This document shows positions 59,439 through 64,000 of a stretch of DNA of 64,000 bases, piece by piece. The stretch is from the IMG/VR virus record IMGVR_UViG_3300030107_006644, positions 1 through 64,000 of that record; one strand, written 5' to 3'. Under the pieces are notes generated by a model. It saw only the letters and a list, made by a program, of their open reading frames with translations. It searched no databases and had not been told where the DNA came from. The first letter of the stretch is position 1. Every line of letters begins with the position of its first letter. The position numbers and the translations under genes are program-made.

Positions 59439-60197
59439 ATGCCGTTTGAATCGGAAAAGCAGCGAAGATGGATGCATGCCAATGAGCCAGAAATGGCCAA
59501 AAGGTGGGAAAAGAAGGAAGAAGCTCTCAAGCAAGAGGGGGGTGGACCAACTGCTGCCACTATTCGCATGCCGGCCGAAAAAATTACCGCTACAGGATCC
59601 GGCACTCCAGATTGGGAACAGGCATTTTTAGAGTACGAGTCTGCAGAACAGGATACGCGCCAATTTCCCGACCCCGGGCTTTTGCAACGCCTAGAAGATG
59701 TTGTTGGTGAAGACTGGCGAGAAGATTACGATGAGTGGAAAGAGCATCCTCACCGCGCTGAGCCGCTGAAACCAAGCCAGCCCGGCCCATTAATATCAGA
59801 GGAGGACAGTGGGATGAAAATTAAAGGTTTAGAACTTAAGCAAATGGTAAAAGAGGCCCTTTTGAGTGAAATGGGTTGCGGAGGCGGTCACCATGGCCAC
59901 GGCCATGAACAACCCTCTATGGGAGGAATGAATGATCTCCTTGCACTTGGCGGAGGCCAAAGTCAAACGCCTCTTATTATTATTCAGACATCTGAAGAAG
60001 AGCAGGAAGGACCAGCGGTAACTCACCCAACTCACATTAGGCACAAGCAGCAAGCACCAGAAGTAAGCGGCCTTGAACAACTTATTCCGATGCTCCTTCA
60101 GCTTGAAGGGCAGGTAGTGTCCTTTTCAAGCAGAGAGTTGGAATCGCACGTTAAGCGCAGTTTAAAAAGGATCTTAAGAGAGAGAAAACGCAGATGA
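59439..60197 (+). CDS. Hypothetical composite protein with internal leader motif and His-rich tract
   Basis: MPFESEKQRRWMHANEPE N-terminus; in-frame MKIKGLELKQMVKEALLSE at 59814 with its own AGGAGG; CGGGHHGHGHE. Confidence 0.7.
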   Translation: MPFESEKQRRWMHANEPEMAKRWEKKEEALKQEGGGPTAATIRMPAEKITATGSGTPDWEQAFLEYESAEQDTRQFPDPGLLQRLEDVVGEDWREDYDEWKEHPHRAEPLKPSQPGPLISEEDSGMKIKGLELKQMVKEALLSEMGCGGGHHGHGHEQPSMGGMNDLLALGGGQSQTPLIIIQTSEEEQEGPAVTHPTHIRHKQQAPEVSGLEQLIPMLLQLEGQVVSFSSRELESHVKRSLKRILRERKRR

Positions 60198-60835
60198 AGT
60201 TGTTGCTTGAAAAGTGGAAGCAGTACGCAGAAGCAGTGCGTGATGGGTTTACAATGGGTAGCCAAGCCGGCAGTATACCCGCTTCTACTGGAATGGGCAT
60301 CATGAAGAAGGAAGATGACGAGGATGATAAAATAGAAGAAGGCTGGGAAGATTATGTCACCGATATAGCCATGGCCGCCCCTGATATCGCAGGCTCAGTT
60401 TACGACAGTTATATTGCCAAACCAATCAATACTGCTTCCCGCCATTACACCGGTCAAAATGTCGCGCCCGTATATGCCGGCGGTGCTAGGGAACCGATAG
60501 AGGCTGCCTACGAAGGCGGACTTGACTTGGCCACTCAAGCGGCCACAGCCCCCCTGCGCGCGGCCAGTACAGTGACGGACTGGGCGAGCAATCTTGTGAA
60601 CGAACATAACGATGAAATGTACGATCTAACAAAAGGTGAACGACCTCCTCCTCATTCTACAGGCGATGTTACCAGAAAGGATCCCGATGCGGACACAGAA
60701 GCAAGCATGACTCCCAACTATGAAGTTGAGGTCGAGCAGCTTGTTTTCGATATGTTGATGTCCGGAATGTCCGAGCAAGAAATCATGAGTATGATTGAAG
60801 AATATGTGCAAGACGCCGCATCATATGCAAAATAA
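60194..60835 (+). CDS. Leader-tagged acidic protein (MKLLLEKWKQY)
   Basis: Leader resembles 58257; internal IEE and VNE sites; ATGA overlap. Confidence 0.7.
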   Translation: MKLLLEKWKQYAEAVRDGFTMGSQAGSIPASTGMGIMKKEDDEDDKIEEGWEDYVTDIAMAAPDIAGSVYDSYIAKPINTASRHYTGQNVAPVYAGGAREPIEAAYEGGLDLATQAATAPLRAASTVTDWASNLVNEHNDEMYDLTKGERPPPHSTGDVTRKDPDADTEASMTPNYEVEVEQLVFDMLMSGMSEQEIMSMIEEYVQDAASYAK

Positions 60836-60838
60836 GTC

Positions 60839-60867
60839 TTGACAACTTTACAACAGTGTGTTACATT
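60839..60867 (+). promoter_or_regulatory. sigma70-type promoter (TTGACA-N17-TACATT, extended TG)
   Basis: Shares CTTGACAACT...TGTGTTA(C/T)ATT with the primase promoter; precedes small membrane gene and sbcDC fusion. Confidence 0.7.
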
Positions 60868-60883
60868 TAGTATAAGGTGAAGT

Positions 60884-61090
60884 TTGAGTGCTATTGAAGC
60901 CATGCCTCCAAGTTTGTTATTTGCCGCAATATGCAGCTATTTAGCGGTTTATTTGTTCGGTATGTTCACCGGATTTATGATGGTTGAACGTAACAAAATG
61001 ACCAGACAAATTCGAGAGTACCAACGCGCCCGAGAGAGAGAGTTAAACCAACAGTGGTCCAATAACGATTGGGATCACCCCGTATACTAG
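60884..61090 (+). CDS. Small single-pass membrane protein
   Basis: Hydrophobic LLFAAICSYLAVYLFGMFTGFMMV followed by charged helix; start could be TTG 60884 or ATG 60902. Confidence 0.55.
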   Translation: MSAIEAMPPSLLFAAICSYLAVYLFGMFTGFMMVERNKMTRQIREYQRARERELNQQWSNNDWDHPVY

Positions 61091-61096
61091 GAATGT

Positions 61097-64000
61097 ATGA
61101 TGAAGTTTGCGCATATTGCGGATACGCATATTAAAAATTTAAAATACCACCACGAATATAAGGAAGTGTTCGCACAACTGTATGAAACACTAAGAGACGA
61201 ACAGGTTGATTGCATCGTTCATTGTGGCGATATTGCACACACAAAAACACAAATCTCACCAGAGTTTGTAGAAATGTGTTCTGACTTTTTTCGAAACTTG
61301 GCAACCATCGCGCCGACATATATTATTCTAGGCAATCACGATGGCAATCTAAAGAACAGCAGTCGACAGGATGCTCTGACTCCTATCGCAGACGCTTTGG
61401 ACTTACAAAACTTACATCTGTTGAAAGATTCAGGCGAGGCTGTTTTAAATGACAAATTCTGCTTAAATGTTTTGTCGGTTTTTGATGAGGAGAATTGGTG
61501 CGATCCCACTGATGAGGACAAGATCAACATCGCCCTCTATCATGGTTCGATCTCGGGAGTAAAAACAGACCTTGGCTGGGTTATGGAGCATGGAGAACAT
61601 GATATTAGTATTTTTGATAATTTTGACTTTGCTTTTCTTGGAGATATCCACAAGACAAATCAAAAGTTAGACACAGAAGGTCGGATCCGATATTCCGGCA
61701 GCACGATTCAGCAGAATCATGGTGAAACAAACGACAAAGGGCTGTTGCTGTGGGATATCCAAGATAAAGATAATTTTAGTTGCAAGCACATTGCATTTAA
61801 AAACCCGAAGCCATTTGTTACTATTGAATTAACACCAAAGGGTAGGATCCCGAAAGGAACAGCCGTGCCCAAGGGCGCCCGCCTGCGTTTGGTATCCAAC
61901 AATAACCTTCCTCTAACTCGCTTGAAGAGAGCTGTTGACATTGCAAAGCATAGATTTAAGCCGGAAGCAATCACTTTCTTAAATCGAGCTTTGGGACAGA
62001 GAGGAAGTGTTGATTCGTTAACAAACACGATTATTAAGGAAAATCTTAGAGACACCGCTGTGCAAGAAAGGCTTATGCGCGAGTATCTTAAGGATTACGA
62101 GATTGATGATACTATGATGGAGCGAGTGTTGACGCTGAACTCAAAGTACAACCAGATGGCCGAGCAAGAAGAGGAAGTTAGCAGAAATATCAACTGGAAG
62201 CTAAATTCGGTAAAGTTTGATAATCTGTTTAATTATGGCGAAGGCAATTCTATTGACTTTACAAACCTTGCTGGCGTAGTTGGTATTTTTGGGAAGAATT
62301 ATAGCGGTAAAAGCAGTATTATCGACTCTATTTTATACACTATGTTCAACTCAACGTCAAAGAATGAGAGAAAGAACTTAAACGTTATCAATCAAAACAA
62401 GGAGTTTTGTGCCGGCACTGTTGATATTTCGATTGGCGAGCGTTCTTACGAAATTAGCAGAACTTCAGAAAAGTACGTCAAAAGGCTGAAGGGCGAAGAG
62501 ACCTTGGAGGCAAAAACCGACCTAAACTTTGAACAAAGAGATGCGGTCACCAACACCACACGCAGTTTGAATGGTCTTACGAGAATAGAAACAGACAAGC
62601 AAATACGAAAGATGTTTGGAACACTTGACGATTTCTTGCTGACCTCTATGGCTAGCCAACTTGACTCGCTAACCTTCATCAATGAGGGCTCAACGAGGCG
62701 AAAAGAGATTTTGGCCAAGTTCTTAGATTTGGAGATATTCGAAAAGAAATACAGGCTAGCCAAGGAGGATGCTAGTGACCTTCGCGGAGCACTCAAAAGG
62801 CTCGAAAATAGAGAATTTGAGCAAGATATCGCTGCAGCAGCGCTTGAGTTGTGTGAGAGCGAAGATAAGATTGAAAAGCACAAGAGTCGGTGTGAAAAGT
62901 ATCAAGTATCGATAGACAAGATAGGCGAAAAGATACAGGATTTAGAGGAGAAAGTGGGCTCTGTGCCGGTTGAACTGATCGATGTGGCGAACACTAGAGC
63001 CGAGATCGAAAAGCTCACAGTACAAGAGCAGTCACTGCAGTCGAAACTTGAGGAAGAGAGTAAGGATTTGAAGATTCGAACGGAACTTTACGAGAAGATT
63101 ATTAACTTTCTGGACACCATGGATATCGAGGAGTTGAGAGAAAAGAAGGAAAAGGTAGAATCACTAAACTCTACAGTGCTTGAGGTTGAATCTATGCTTC
63201 AAAACATAGATCAAAAGGCAAAATTACTCGACGGAATCCCGTGTGGAGATACATATCCCACCTGTAAGTTTATCAGAGATGCCAATGTGGCAGTAGCTAA
63301 CCGCCACCACTCCGTAAAGGAGCTAAAAACAGCCCAAAGCCGACTTGAGGAGCTTGATAGTGTGACTGTTACCGATCACATAGGCAAGTATAACAGCGTA
63401 CTTCAGAGAAAAAACCAAGTTTCTACTGGAATTGCCGAACTTAACCTGTCTATTGAGCGAAATTCTAATACGCTAGAGAAAACTATAGACAAAATACAGG
63501 TTTTAAACGAAAAGGTGGAAGAATACAACAAAAACAAGGACACAATTGACAATTTGGAGGCAATGATGTCGAAATTGTCAAAGATGCGGAACAACGTTGT
63601 GTCCTATAGGGAACAGAAGGCGCAATGTGAGGAGAGTTTGACCTCGCTGTATGTTGAGCACGGCTCTTTAGAGCAAAAATTGCGCAACTTGGAGAGCCAA
63701 AAGCAAGAACTACAAGATTTGCATGAGCAATACTCGTCTTTTGACCTGTATATGCGTTGTATGCATTCTAATGGAATTGCATATGATATCATCAAGAGAA
63801 AACTTCCGATTATTAACGAAGAAATCGCCAAAACTTTGGCAAATATTGTCAACTTTAACGTTTACTTCGAGGATGATGGAAAAAGGCTCAATATCTTTAT
63901 TAAGCACCCCAAACACGATCCGCGACCTATTGGTATGGGCTCTGGTGCCGAGAAAACAATAGCAGCAATGGCTATCAGACTGGCCTTGTTGTCTATATCA
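61097..64000 (+). CDS. Fused SbcD-SbcC (Mre11-Rad50, T4 gp47-gp46-like) nuclease/ATPase, 3'-truncated by window end
   Basis: Manual translation: FAHIADTH, CGDIAH, LGNHD, LYHG, LGDIH, YSGS (phosphoesterase), then in the same frame GKNYSGKSS (Walker A), coiled coil, PCGDTYPTC, MGSGAEK signature; absent from ORF track because there is no stop in the window. Confidence 0.9.
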   Translation, partial: MMKFAHIADTHIKNLKYHHEYKEVFAQLYETLRDEQVDCIVHCGDIAHTKTQISPEFVEMCSDFFRNLATIAPTYIILGNHDGNLKNSSRQDALTPIADALDLQNLHLLKDSGEAVLNDKFCLNVLSVFDEENWCDPTDEDKINIALYHGSISGVKTDLGWVMEHGEHDISIFDNFDFAFLGDIHKTNQKLDTEGRIRYSGSTIQQNHGETNDKGLLLWDIQDKDNFSCKHIAFKNPKPFVTIELTPKGRIPKGTAVPKGARLRLVSNNNLPLTRLKRAVDIAKHRFKPEAITFLNRALGQRGSVDSLTNTIIKENLRDTAVQERLMREYLKDYEIDDTMMERVLTLNSKYNQMAEQEEEVSRNINWKLNSVKFDNLFNYGEGNSIDFTNLAGVVGIFGKNYSGKSSIIDSILYTMFNSTSKNERKNLNVINQNKEFCAGTVDISIGERSYEISRTSEKYVKRLKGEETLEAKTDLNFEQRDAVTNTTRSLNGLTRIETDKQIRKMFGTLDDFLLTSMASQLDSLTFINEGSTRRKEILAKFLDLEIFEKKYRLAKEDASDLRGALKRLENREFEQDIAAAALELCESEDKIEKHKSRCEKYQVSIDKIGEKIQDLEEKVGSVPVELIDVANTRAEIEKLTVQEQSLQSKLEEESKDLKIRTELYEKIINFLDTMDIEELREKKEKVESLNSTVLEVESMLQNIDQKAKLLDGIPCGDTYPTCKFIRDANVAVANRHHSVKELKTAQSRLEELDSVTVTDHIGKYNSVLQRKNQVSTGIAELNLSIERNSNTLEKTIDKIQVLNEKVEEYNKNKDTIDNLEAMMSKLSKMRNNVVSYREQKAQCEESLTSLYVEHGSLEQKLRNLESQKQELQDLHEQYSSFDLYMRCMHSNGIAYDIIKRKLPIINEEIAKTLANIVNFNVYFEDDGKRLNIFIKHPKHDPRPIGMGSGAEKTIAAMAIRLALLSIS

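Larger units (their letters stand above)
1..64000 (+). other. Segment of a large (likely jumbo) myovirus-type bacteriophage genome
   Basis: Baseplate gp25-like and gp6/J-like genes, gp55-like sigma factor, phage-type primase, RuvC-like resolvase and SbcCD; Shine-Dalgarno sites and sigma70 promoters; one-strand dense coding with ATGA/TAATG/TAGTG overlaps; no host housekeeping operons. Confidence 0.9.

Noticed and set aside
917-63962. Numerous minus-strand and alternate-frame ORFs in the track (e.g. 43518-44216, 52607-53272, 62446-62883)
   Set aside because: All lie within longer plus-strand genes with coherent motifs, lack RBS or family signatures, and look like antisense shadows
1-64000. Stop-codon reassignment as in some large phages
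   Set aside because: Genes up to 12 kb are intact in the standard code, and TAA, TAG and TGA all end genes at tight junctions
1-64000. tRNA genes and intrinsic terminators
   Set aside because: Intergenic gaps are nearly all under 65 nt and I saw no convincing cloverleaf or GC hairpin plus U-tract; a dedicated scan was not possible

Overview
This 64 kb window reads as part of a large tailed-phage genome (contractile-tail, T4-superfamily-like gene vocabulary). It uses the standard genetic code, is densely packed, and all credible genes lie on the + strand, often with overlapping stop/start codons. Module 1 (86-859) is a Cas4/AddB-like Fe-S nuclease. Module 2 (869-11464) is a ~10.6 kb glycan-synthesis cluster: GT4, GT4-GT2 fusion, GT77-like, exostosin/GT47-like, cupin mannose-6-P isomerase, a nucleotidyltransferase-HAD-kinase fusion, fcl and gmd. 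Module 3 (11442-13274) is a gp55-like sigma factor with small neighbours. Module 4 (13274-50662) is ~37 kb of baseplate/virion genes, including gp25- and gp6/J-like wedge proteins, a 2792-aa acidic protein and a 4092-aa LamG-containing protein with a duplicated 134-aa insert. Module 5 is a RuvC-like resolvase and a primase. Module 6 (52163-60835) is a cassette of unrelated proteins sharing short N-terminal leader motifs (candidate capsid-targeted cargo); it also contains a tubulin/FtsZ-family GTPase, an unannotated 34-aa peptide with 10 Cys and an alpha/beta hydrolase with its own promoter. Module 7 is a fused SbcD-SbcC (Mre11-Rad50) gene running off the end. The main hypotheses are a phage virion-glycosylation system with a candidate [S/T]-[G/A/S]-S sequon in specific baseplate proteins, the leader-tagged cargo cassette with tubulin and Cys-rich micropeptide, and a DNA word bias (CCWGG apparently absent, GCCGGC strongly enriched). 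No tRNA, rRNA, CRISPR array or transposase was seen. All family calls come from motif recognition by eye, not database searches.
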